A stretch of DNA of 63,366 nt, counting the filler, from Folioceros fuciformis (taxonomy: Eukaryota), in NCBI GenBank assembly GCA_049999805.1. It is 17 parts of 17 records of this genome, joined end to end, with 100 filler letters (N's around TTAATTAATTAA, not from the genome) between each part and the next. Parts side by side here need not be neighbours in the genome. Positions count along the whole stretch, not along the records: positions 53,179 to 55,513 come from JBNGIO010006787.1; positions 55,614 to 56,851 come from JBNGIO010006788.1; positions 56,952 to 58,488 come from JBNGIO010006789.1; positions 58,589 to 61,008 come from JBNGIO010006790.1; positions 61,109 to 63,366 come from JBNGIO010006791.1; 12 more parts are not named here. One strand, 5' to 3'. A program made the position numbers and the translations under genes. Below, in pieces: positions 54,058 through 63,366 of this stretch (within the stretch, counting starts at the first letter, position 1; the number at the start of each line of letters is the position of its first letter). The notes beneath the pieces were generated by a model. That model saw only the letters and a program-made list of their open reading frames with translations. It was not told the DNA's origin and searched no databases.

Positions 54058-55488
54058 TCAGGGCCCATAAACATTGGCCACCCGTGCCCTGTCGGATGGC
54101 GCGGGTCTCCGGTCCGTGGGTGTAATGATTTGGGGCATGGACATGCCACCGGAAACAACTATTTCTGCAGCAAGCCTTATCCATGTCAGTGCCATGCCAG
54201 CTGACCAAGCACAACATACGAGTAGCAGATGAAGTGTAGGCACAAGGCCAGAAAAAGTGTTGGATCACACACGAGAATGTCCGCATAAGGCTTACCGATT
54301 CCTTCGCGAACAGACAAATTAGGCCGAATCACATCCCGTGAGTTGACAAGGAAGATGTCGCCGATATAGAGATGATTCGTTGGGACGTAGATGCTACAAA
54401 GCTCCTCATCGCCGGAGTCGTTCTGTGCCGGACGAGTAAAACAGTTCAAAATCCGAAACTAATAAACACTACACCTCACAAGCTACAAGTCATCAATCGA
54501 TTTTTGAAACCTGTAGAGTGAGCGAGGACGTAATGAACCCAAAAGCGTACTCTCCTACGCGTGGATGTCTGATGATCGCGACCTCCTTGAAAGCCTGGGT
54601 GTTTTGATCTGAGATAAAAATCAGATTAGTCCACGCAAAAATTCTTCAGCTCAATTCTTTAGGATGCCCCATCCCATCCCATGCTGTGGTCATGTCTGGG
54701 TCAAGAGTGACAAAATGAGGCTACCCTCACCTGGGGAAATAGCGGCACTAATCTGCTTAGAAGCAGAGTAGATGTGCTTCACAAGTGGCATCCGCTTGAT
54801 GAACCACTCCCCGACCCAGAGCACAGACGCTCCCATCCAAGACGAAACAAACACACCAATAAAGAAGATGAAAACTACAGTAGTGACAAACCCTAGGCCT
54901 GCACATCAACGGCCACCCTGATTTCAAACGAAACGATCGAGTGCCAGCTTCCCCAGAGCGCCAGCAGCACCCATGGCCCCCCAAAGGTGTATACGGCACA
55001 GGAGACCCCAAACTCACCGAACACACTGATCCCCAGATGCTTATAAATAGGCGAGAAAAAGCCATCGAAAAACTTGATGAACCACCAGGTGATGTAAAAT
55101 GTGATCGCAATAGGAAAGAGGATCACGCTGGCAATTCCCACCACGAAACCTTAGCCCTGGGAGCCAGGCAGGCGAGCACAAACAGACCCTAACAAACCAG
55201 CCTCCAAGCTTACCAGCCAGTCATAAACTTTTTGGACGCCCAGCTTTGCAAAACCCCGAGCAGCGCCTGGCCACATAATGGAACCACAAGTGTGAGCGGC
55301 AAGCACAGCACGGCACGGCATGGCACAGAGTAAACCAAAGCTGCTGCAACCAAGATCAGAGCAGAACAAACCTCGCGACCGGAGTGGTAGGCGGAATTGG
55401 GAGCCGGTCCGGCTTTGACTGGATCTTCCACGTCCTCTGCATGGCTTTGCATGAGCAGCTCCCGGTCCACGGCAATGCGAGTTCCCAT
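54058..55488 (-). CDS. COV1: COV1/LIKE-COV (DUF502) membrane protein, 7 exons, complete
   Basis: SWASKKFMTGCVILFPIAITFYITWWF, GEWFIKRMPLVKHIYSASKQ, AFKEVAIIRHPRVGEYAFGFITS, YVPTNHLYIGD and EIVVSGGMSMP. Confidence 0.95.
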
Positions 55489-55643
55489 CGGCGAGGAAGG
55501 GGCGGCCTTATCANNNNNNNNNNNNNNNNNNNNNNNNNNNNNNNNNNNNNNNNNNNNTTAATTAATTAANNNNNNNNNNNNNNNNNNNNNNNNNNNNNNN
55601 NNNNNNNNNNNNNGTTTTTTGAATATCAATCATTTACGCATAC

Positions 55644-55897
55644 GTGCGCTGGTATGCCAGGGCACAGTTGTAATGAGTGCGCCAGGCTACCGGCGTACAC
55701 ATTGCTTTAGTGCGCCGGTAGACCGGCGCACTCCTTGAGGAAGTGCGCTGATCATTTGGTGAACACCTAGATAGGGCCTGGGGGAAGTGCAACACAACCA
55801 TTAGTAAGGGTGCGCCGATAGGCCGGCGCACACATAGACCGAGTGCGCCGATCTATTTGCGCACCCCCACAGGATCTGCGTTGGCTGACTAGAGCAC
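55644..55897. repeat. 33-bp-period array of 22-bp palindromes (GTGCGCCGG-N4-CCGGCGCAC type) with variable 11-bp spacers
   Basis: Units at 55644, 55677, 55710, 55743, (degenerate about 55776), 55810, 55843 and 55876. Confidence 0.85.
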
Positions 55898-56026
55898 TAC
55901 TAGAAGAGGCATTCATGGCACTGGCAAACTGAGGGATGCACTTATGAATAGCCAACTACAGCTCTCTACAAACAGTGTTCATACATAAGGTGTGTGGTAT
56001 ACATGAAAGTACTTTACCAGTATAGT

Positions 56027-56851
56027 CTAACTATCTGCCAGTTGGTCATCGATTCCATCTGAAGGATTTTCCTGATCTCGTTTAAGCACATACAAGTTCT
56101 TTCTAATAAGGTTTCGAGTGCAAGCATGAAGCTGCTTTTGACGAGTCAACTCAAATCCATACGCTAAAATAAAATTGTTCACGATAGAAAGTGTGTCAAT
56201 ATCCTTCCAAAGTCTTTTGCTTGGCCGTTGCTTTCGTCCTCGTCTAAAACCCCCAGGAGGTTCTTCATTTGGCAATATCATCTCCTCTTGATATCGACCT
56301 TCAAATGCATCTAAACATTTGGTGACTGACCAATGGAGTGTGATACTTTGAATGTCATTGTCCTTTGTGTGTCCAACACTTTGGTGATCCAAAAAGGCCT
56401 ATTGTCTTCGTCTGTCTCACATGGGACAACAATCATGTGCCCTGCTTCTATCTCTAATACATCTCCATTTAAGCTGTCACGGTCATTGCAAACATAAGCC
56501 TCTCTTCTATACGCACCCACGTACATGTCTCTTCTAGGAACTTCTCGTATCCGTGGGTTTTCCACCACCAATGCATCTGGCACGTGTAACGCTGTATTCA
56601 ACAACTCTGCCACATCGCGATTATACCATCGCCATGGCCACAAGAGGTCTTGCTCCACACCCAAATTTATTATTTGAACGATGGCCTCTTGCTCTGCCCA
56701 AAGTAAATCCCACCAAATGTCCTTGCCCACACCTAAGTGCTACCGTAATTTGCACTCCAATCTTGATCGAATTTGCGACAGGTTATATCGTGGCACATTG
56801 TTAGTAATCTTCTTCTATTTCCTACTCCTCACCTGCAGTTGCATCAGTGAA
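56027..56851 (-). mobile_element. Frameshifted coding remnant, probably a DNA-transposon gene 3' end
   Basis: Two overlapping ORFs (…AGHMIVV..RPFWITKVLD / ITLHW..DAFEGRY..ILAYGFELT) join through a frameshift. The sequence is intronless and reads toward the palindromic array. Confidence 0.45.
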
Positions 56852-58014
56852 NNNNNNNNNNNNNNNNNNNNNNNNNNNNNNNNNNNNNNNNNNNNTTAAT
56901 TAATTAANNNNNNNNNNNNNNNNNNNNNNNNNNNNNNNNNNNNNNNNNNNNCCGGCTCTGGCCCCTCGCCTCCGCTTCCGGTCGTGAAGAGCTCAGGTTT
57001 TGGTCCGTCGGGGGCTGACAATTGCCCATTGCCTTTTCCCGGGCCCAGCTGCAGTCGCCCAATTGGGCTCCCGAGCGAGAACGCTTGCTGGGTTGTGAGC
57101 TTTGCTACGTTTTGCGTTGTGGGTTTGTGTCCAGGTCCCGTCTATGTGTGTTTGTGTTTGCGTTTGTGGGTGGTGAGTGTGAGTGTGCGAGGGTGCGTCG
57201 TCGCTGTGTGTGGCGTCGGAAGCTCGTGTTCTGGAAGGCGTGAGGGAATTTGGAACCCTGCAGGAGGCGGCAGGGTTTGAGGAGGAGCCACAGAATTAAG
57301 CAAAGCCCTCCCAGGAGCGCCATTCTTTGGGACTCGGAATTTGGGTGATGCCTGTGAGGATCGGTTGGGTCATCGGGATACCGGATTGCGCAGCCGCGTA
57401 AACGCCAGTGCACGTCTCCTTCCCTTCCCGCTCTTGCAACACATGATCTGGTCCATACCGAATCTGTAACAGTCCCCCTCTGCTGTCCCGTCACAGCCCG
57501 CATTGCTGCGGCCTTCCTTGCTAGGTTGTGGAGCCTGTTGGTGCTGTAAGAGAGAGATCAGAAGAGAGGGTGCAGACGGTGTAGGAGGAGTAGGAGTGGT
57601 ATCACAGCTGCCTGTGGGGATGCTGGAGGGGCTTGCAGTCGGCTTGTCATGCGATCGCTTCAGGCACCCAATTCAGACTGTGTAAGCTCTAGCTGTAGCA
57701 TACACATCAGCCGGGGCAGCAGGCGGGGGCGGTACACCGGCCATCTCTTCCTGCTGCATCTGCTGGTTCTGCTCTCTCTGCCCCCGCTCCTCCCCCTCCT
57801 TCGCTCCTGCTTCTTCTTCCTCTCCTTCTCCAGGTGCGCCAGGCGGAAATGTGACACCATTCCTTCCCGCCTCCCAACCACCGCAGCTGTCACCTTTGCA
57901 GCATCCCGGGCCCTGGACCTCCTCCGCCTCCGGGACCCAAGCTCCCTCCACCTGCTCTGCCAGCAGCACCGGCAGCACTCCACCTCCTCTCGGAGCTTGC
58001 AGCCGGTGGATGGG

Positions 58015-58488
58015 ATGAACCCGTCCACCAATCCCTCCGAGCAGCAGGGCGACCCGAATTGGGGCACGGACGGTTGGGAGAACGCGACAACCGCAGGGCT
58101 GGAAGGGCGCGGGCAGTACCAGGGCAGCAGGTTGGAGTGGGACTGGGACAGCCAACCCATGATCCTGGCAGCGGCCCAGCAGCAGCAGGGCGCCTCAGCT
58201 GCGGCAGCAGCGTCGGGAGGACCCAACACCAACAACAATACTAGCACCAACACCAACAACACGACCAGCAACAACAACAACTCCAACATCAACAACACCA
58301 GCGATGTATGCGAGGAGCGGAAGTCCGGCCAGCAGCAGCAAATGAGCGCATCAGCAACGTCCATGGCGTCGTCGCTGCGGGGGTACAACAGTCTTCTGTC
58401 CAGCCCGGGCTTCCCTGCCAATTTCGCCGGGAATCCGTTGGGTATCTTCAGCTCGGCGGGGATCCGGAGCTTCGGCATGGACGCCTCC
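58015..58488 (+). CDS. Possible SBP-box (SPL8-like) transcription factor N-terminus, truncated
   Basis: 'LEWDWDSQPMIL' resembles the SPL8 N-terminal '(D/E)YEWDNPSSIVL' motif, followed by poly-Q/A/N tracts. The SBP domain is not in the contig. Confidence 0.45.
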
Positions 58489-59753
58489 NNNNNNNNNNNN
58501 NNNNNNNNNNNNNNNNNNNNNNNNNNNNNNNNTTAATTAATTAANNNNNNNNNNNNNNNNNNNNNNNNNNNNNNNNNNNNNNNNNNNNGGTGGTGTGGTG
58601 GCATTTCGGGCTCGCCCACGCTGTGCACCATTTCGTTGCTGGTTTTGTGGGCATTAGGGCGTTTCTCCTTCTTCTTCCTCTCCTTCGTGGGCCAGACAGT
58701 GATGTGGTCTCTCTCAGCCGAGTCCCTCAAGCAACAATTTGTGGGTCTTTGTCACTTTTGGTGGGCGTTAGGGCATGTTGCTTCGTGAGCTGCTCCTCCT
58801 CTCTGGGATGTTTGGGAATGCACGCATCGATCGTCGCCTGCACTACCCTGCACTGCCCTGCCCTGCATTCATTCCTTGTCATACAGCTCTGCCTCAGGGG
58901 GTTCTGCCTCAGGGGGCTCTGGCTCTGCGGCCTCTGCCTCCAGAAGACCAAGTTGCGTGATTCGCGAATTTGTAGGGGCGCTGTACTCGCATTAGACTAG
59001 ATTAGACCAGCAGATTCCGTTTTTGCTGCTCCTCTTATTCTAACATATGTATATTTTTGTGGGCATTAGGGCGGTGGTACGTGCGGAAATCGTGTTCGTG
59101 GGCCAGGCCAGTGGAGGCCGCAGCTGCGGAGAGGATAGTCACGGGGCCCACTCCCGACAGCTCCCCGTTGCTTGCGTCCAAACTCCCCTCATCCCGGGAC
59201 AAACCCTAATGCCCACCAAAAGCCCATGTGCGCTTTTCGCTGTGGGCTTGGGCACAGATTAAAAAAACAGCAAGATGCTCGACTTTCGATGGGGGATAGC
59301 CAGGCCACCGAATTAATCATTGCAGGTTGGCGCCAGACAAAAGCTGGTGCAACACCAACTGTAGGCAGGCGTTTAAAATTCTATCCATCCATGTCCACAT
59401 AGCACAAAATGTGTGCATCGTATTCACGAATCACGGACCGGACCCTGCCCTGTTCCCTGTTGTGTTGAGTTGTGTTGCCTTGGATACCAGCGTCCTGCTG
59501 CTCTCCTGCCGCTGCTCCTGCTGTGCTGCTGCTGCTGTGCAGTGCAGTAGGATTCAACCAAGCCGCCCACTTTCCTCCCTCACTCCGGATCCTCCTTCCC
59601 TTGCTTGCATGTCCAGTGCTGTGCAATTTTGTCCCAGCCGGTCGGTTGTGGTATTGTGTCCATCCATGTACCTCGGACCCATTAGATCCCTCCAATCCTT
59701 GTCCACTCCAACATCCTTCCCTCCTCACTCCCCCCACCCCTCCCCCCCTCCCT

Positions 59754-59955
59754 CTCTTCCTTCTTCCCCTTTCTCCTCCTTTTAAAATTTCAATCCATCC
59801 TCCACCCACCATTCTTCCACCTATGAATCTCCCAAATTCCAATCCTACCCCACCCTACCCCACCCCTCTCCCTCTTCCTTCTTCCCCTTTCTCCTCCTTT
59901 TAAAATTTCAATCCATATCCACCCACCATTCTTCTAACCATGAGTCTCCCAAACT
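59754..59955. repeat. Direct duplication with 118-bp period (pyrimidine-rich)
   Basis: ctcttccttcttcccctttctcctccttttaaaatttcaatccat... starts at 59754 and at 59872. Confidence 0.85.
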
Positions 59956-60825
59956 CCTATCATAGCACAAAATCCCACCACATTCAAGATTCAACAAGGA
60001 TGGCATCCATCCACCCATGATACCATATTGTACCACATTCATCCTCCCGCCCTTCAACAAAACGTTAACACTTCCTCTCCGACTTTGATATTTAAAAAGT
60101 CAAGGTAGAGTGCGACAGGAGGGTAGAGTCTGACATCCTCCTACAGCTGGAGCTTGGAGTCCTTCAGACCTCCCTCCAACACGTAGTCTAGTCCTTTCGT
60201 GTGTCAATAATGTCAGTCCTTCCGACCTACGTATCATGTGATACATGTCTATGTCCCAAAAAGATTGTAGAGTACAAAAATTTGAACCACCATGAATGTG
60301 TCTCAATATTCAAAATAATATTAAAAATAATATATCAAATTTTCCTAAAAGTAAAAGGTGCAAGATATAGTAAGTACAACAACATATCATATGTAACTTG
60401 AGACCAAGGGGGCCTTTTGTGCCTCACCTACAGCTATCCCAAATGTGTGTCTTTTGTTGGTTCACATAGAAACCGTTTTGTGATCTCCACTATACTTCAA
60501 GAGTAGTAGTAACTTTAAGTAGTAGAAAGTAAGAATCATCTCATAAAGCAAACCTGAATAATTTTTAGATGTGCTAAACATTGTGGTTGATAAAGTCATA
60601 GAATAATTCGTAAGAACACCGATAAACCTTCACAATGTAAGAAGAAGAAGAAGAAGAAATGAAAGCATATTCTACAAGAGAATCTTCATGAAACCCTAAA
60701 TATTTGTTTATGACGTTGGAGTGTCCTGATCTCACACCACTTGTAGAATTGGATAGAGGGGGGGCTTAGGGAGGGGAGTGTGAGTAGGAATGGGCCAAGG
60801 AGAAGGGAGGAAAGGAGAGGAGAGG

Positions 60826-60882
60826 AGAAGAGAAGAGAAGAGAAGAGAAGAGAAGAGAAGAGAAGAGAAGAGAAGAGAAGAG
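60826..60882. repeat. (AGAAG)n pentanucleotide microsatellite
   Basis: About 10 tandem copies are directly visible. Confidence 0.95.
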
Positions 60883-62534
60883 AATTGAGAAAAAAGAATT
60901 GAAGACCATGGTAGAGCAAAGCGGAATTATGTAGGTGATAAGCATCGAAATACGCGAATCGTGTTGTGGGAATCTCGTTTGTTTGTTGTCCAGACTGACT
61001 AGGTGGAGNNNNNNNNNNNNNNNNNNNNNNNNNNNNNNNNNNNNNNNNNNNNTTAATTAATTAANNNNNNNNNNNNNNNNNNNNNNNNNNNNNNNNNNNN
61101 NNNNNNNNATAGATAGTTAAGTATAATTAAGTATATACAAACCTCCCCAAGTAAGATCTAGTTTTATATAGAAAATCTTAGTTTTCCATGAACACCAAGT
61201 GCAAATTTGTGGACAAGGTAGCAATACTTGTGCCGGGAGACCATGAATTAGGTAGGGATTAAGCCATTTGGAAGCTTTGTAAAGATAGAGAGCTAGGGGG
61301 ATGATCATGTTGCTTTCCATCTGGGCAACTATTATCCTATTTTACCGCATATTACCATCACAACAATCACTCCCACTAGAGCAGGACACCAAAACAGCAC
61401 AAGACATCAGCTCACTATAATGAAGTGCAATTGAGCTCCGCTTAGCCATAGCCTTGGCAAAGATCAAACGTGAGAAGATAGCTTGGTCACACATATTCAT
61501 TGCCACCAATAGCACCCAAATTGCCTCCATAAGTGTCTTGTGGCTTCAATTTTCCAATTTTCATTGTGAATATCAAAGAAGGTTTCATCTACATCGAGCA
61601 CGTAGACTCCTTCTACAACAAACCACCGCCTCCTTAAAAAGCATGGCAATTAGGAAGTTCCTCAACACCATCTGCCTTGGATTTTCCTGTAACACTCTCT
61701 TTGCAAAGCAATCTTGCTTCTCCTTGTTTCCAACCTTGGAATTTTTTTGAACATTCATCTATCTACATTTTTTATATACTTATATTATAATTATTTGATG
61801 ATGCAAACTTTGACCCATGGTGTGGCGTGCTTCAAAGCTAAAAGTTGAAAAAGACCTAGTCATATACAGGAAACAAGCCCTAGGAGGACTAAATGCCAAA
61901 CTTGTAACTACTTAGTATCTCTACCAAACTTACGACTAGGTCCTAGATGAATCCAATAGGACGTAGCTACCGACAACCACCAGGTATCGTAGAACGAAGT
62001 ACATAGTCGGTGTACGATGTATTTTATTTTTGGTGTACGGTTAGGTACTTAGTTGAATAATCGAATCGGTTAGACTGGATAGTCCGTGTTGTAGATCCAC
62101 ACTGGGCGTAAAATGGGGCGAAGCATCCGAGCGGGTGCAGACGCACGAGGTGGCACGCGCCTTGACCCACTGTCGGCGGTCTAACAAATGATGACCGCAT
62201 GATTCGATGTGGCAACAGCCCGGCCTTGGTGGGGCGGGGGAAGGCGGAAAACGGGAGACACAATCTTGCTTTACCTCTTGTCCCTCGGGACGCGAGGAAC
62301 GCGGACTCCCTCCCTGTGCTGGCTGCAACTCGCAACCCGGCTGGCGACTGTTGCTTTGTCGCTGTGGCGGTGGCCTGTATCCACGAAGCTGTCTTCCCTC
62401 GTCAAATTCACGAGGCTGCCGCTGGGCCTGGCCTTTGGCTCTGGCCTTGGGGACCACTGTTCTTAGCGAATCCCGTCGCAAATGCGAGTCTCCCGTGGGA
62501 TGATTCCATCCGTCCCCGAATTTCGGATCACTAG

Positions 62535-63366
62535 ATGGGCGCGGCGAGGCAGGCGTCTGCGATTTGGGCTGGCCTACTGCTCCTCCTGCTCGGCACCGGG
62601 CGGGAGGCGGGGGCCGTGTACTTCTCCTTCCCCAACCCCACGTACCCGCCCTTGTTCCGCCCGGATTCGGTCCTGGCCTGCACGGGCTGGAAGGTAGCGA
62701 ATGTGAGCGCAGATCAGTTCTGCAGCGTCAGCCAGAATGGCCTCTCGTTTGAGCTTACGCCGTATTCAGGGACCGGGGCGGATGCCTTCAACTCCAGCGC
62801 CAGGCTCATGTACAACCGCAGCATCCGCTTCTACGACCCCGTCAGTGCGGAGAAGGCGTCCTTCAGCACCTTCTTCGTGTTCGCCATCCGGCATGTGGCG
62901 GATGCGCCGCTGCTGGGGAGCGGGATGACGTTCCTCATCGCGCCCAACACCAGCACCCCGGTGAAGAGCATCGGAGGGGATTTGGGGCTGTTTGACAGCA
63001 ACACCACTACAGGGAGACCGATCGACGGTGGGCCGTCCAGGGTGGTGGCCGTGGAGTTTGATACCTATAGCTACCGGGACTTCGACAAGGTGCCAGCCCC
63101 CCACGTCGGGCTGGACATCGACAGTCTGGACTCGGCCAGCGTTGCGTACTTGTGGAATGACAGTGTGTTGACGCAGCAGAAGATCGCGGTTTGGATTGAC
63201 TATGATGCCCCGGGGCAGTCGCTGGAGGTGAGGTTGTTGAATGTTACGGATGGAGAACAGATTAGACGGCAGGATGCGGTGCTTTGGTTGACGTTTTCCG
63301 GCCTCAATCTGTCGGAGCATATCGAGGAGTACTCGTACGTGGGCTTCTCGTCGGCTTCGGGGAGCA
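62535..63366 (+). CDS. Legume (L-type) lectin domain protein with signal peptide, probably a LecRK; truncated by window end
   Basis: Signal peptide AIWAGLLLLLLG, then ASFSTFFVFAI, GSGMTFLIAP, VVAVEFDT, PHVGLDID, VWIDYDA and YVGFSSASG. The ORF track misses it because it has no stop. Confidence 0.92.
   Translation, partial: MGAARQASAIWAGLLLLLLGTGREAGAVYFSFPNPTYPPLFRPDSVLACTGWKVANVSADQFCSVSQNGLSFELTPYSGTGADAFNSSARLMYNRSIRFYDPVSAEKASFSTFFVFAIRHVADAPLLGSGMTFLIAPNTSTPVKSIGGDLGLFDSNTTTGRPIDGGPSRVVAVEFDTYSYRDFDKVPAPHVGLDIDSLDSASVAYLWNDSVLTQQKIAVWIDYDAPGQSLEVRLLNVTDGEQIRRQDAVLWLTFSGLNLSEHIEEYSYVGFSSASGS

Noticed and set aside
55644..55897. True CRISPR array
   Set aside because: The repeats are degenerate, the spacers are only 11 bp, there are no cas genes, and the context is eukaryotic.

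Overview
This is eukaryotic land-plant genomic DNA, not one locus. It consists of 17 separate contigs joined by 16 artificial 100-bp linkers (N44-TTAATTAATTAA-N44), so adjacency across a linker has no biological meaning. The genes have short GT-AG introns. A flagellar radial-spoke (RSPH10-like) gene and a PLS-class PPR factor point to a plant with motile sperm and organellar RNA editing, such as a bryophyte, lycophyte or fern; this is inference. Recognisable genes: RSPH10-like MORN protein, an intronless degenerate double-AP2 gene, a GT92-like fragment, a METTL23/NNT1-like methyltransferase, a diterpene synthase fragment, APC5, U6 snRNA with its promoter, FLZ, SppA, CCT8, GSNOR/ADH class III, a PLS-E+ PPR, a TLC-domain protein, COV1-like, an SPL8-like N-terminus and an L-type lectin protein. 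There are also Harbinger, Copia and probable CACTA-like remnants and a TauE/SafE pseudogene. Best leads: a fast-evolving retrocopy-like AP2 gene, a miRNA-like perfect 21-bp hairpin between CCT8 and GSNOR, a PPR array split by a decayed in-frame repeat block, a 33-bp-period palindromic array, and an AT-rich gene compartment containing a sperm gene. No prokaryotic system or true CRISPR array is supported. Homologue comparisons are from recall, with no database search.
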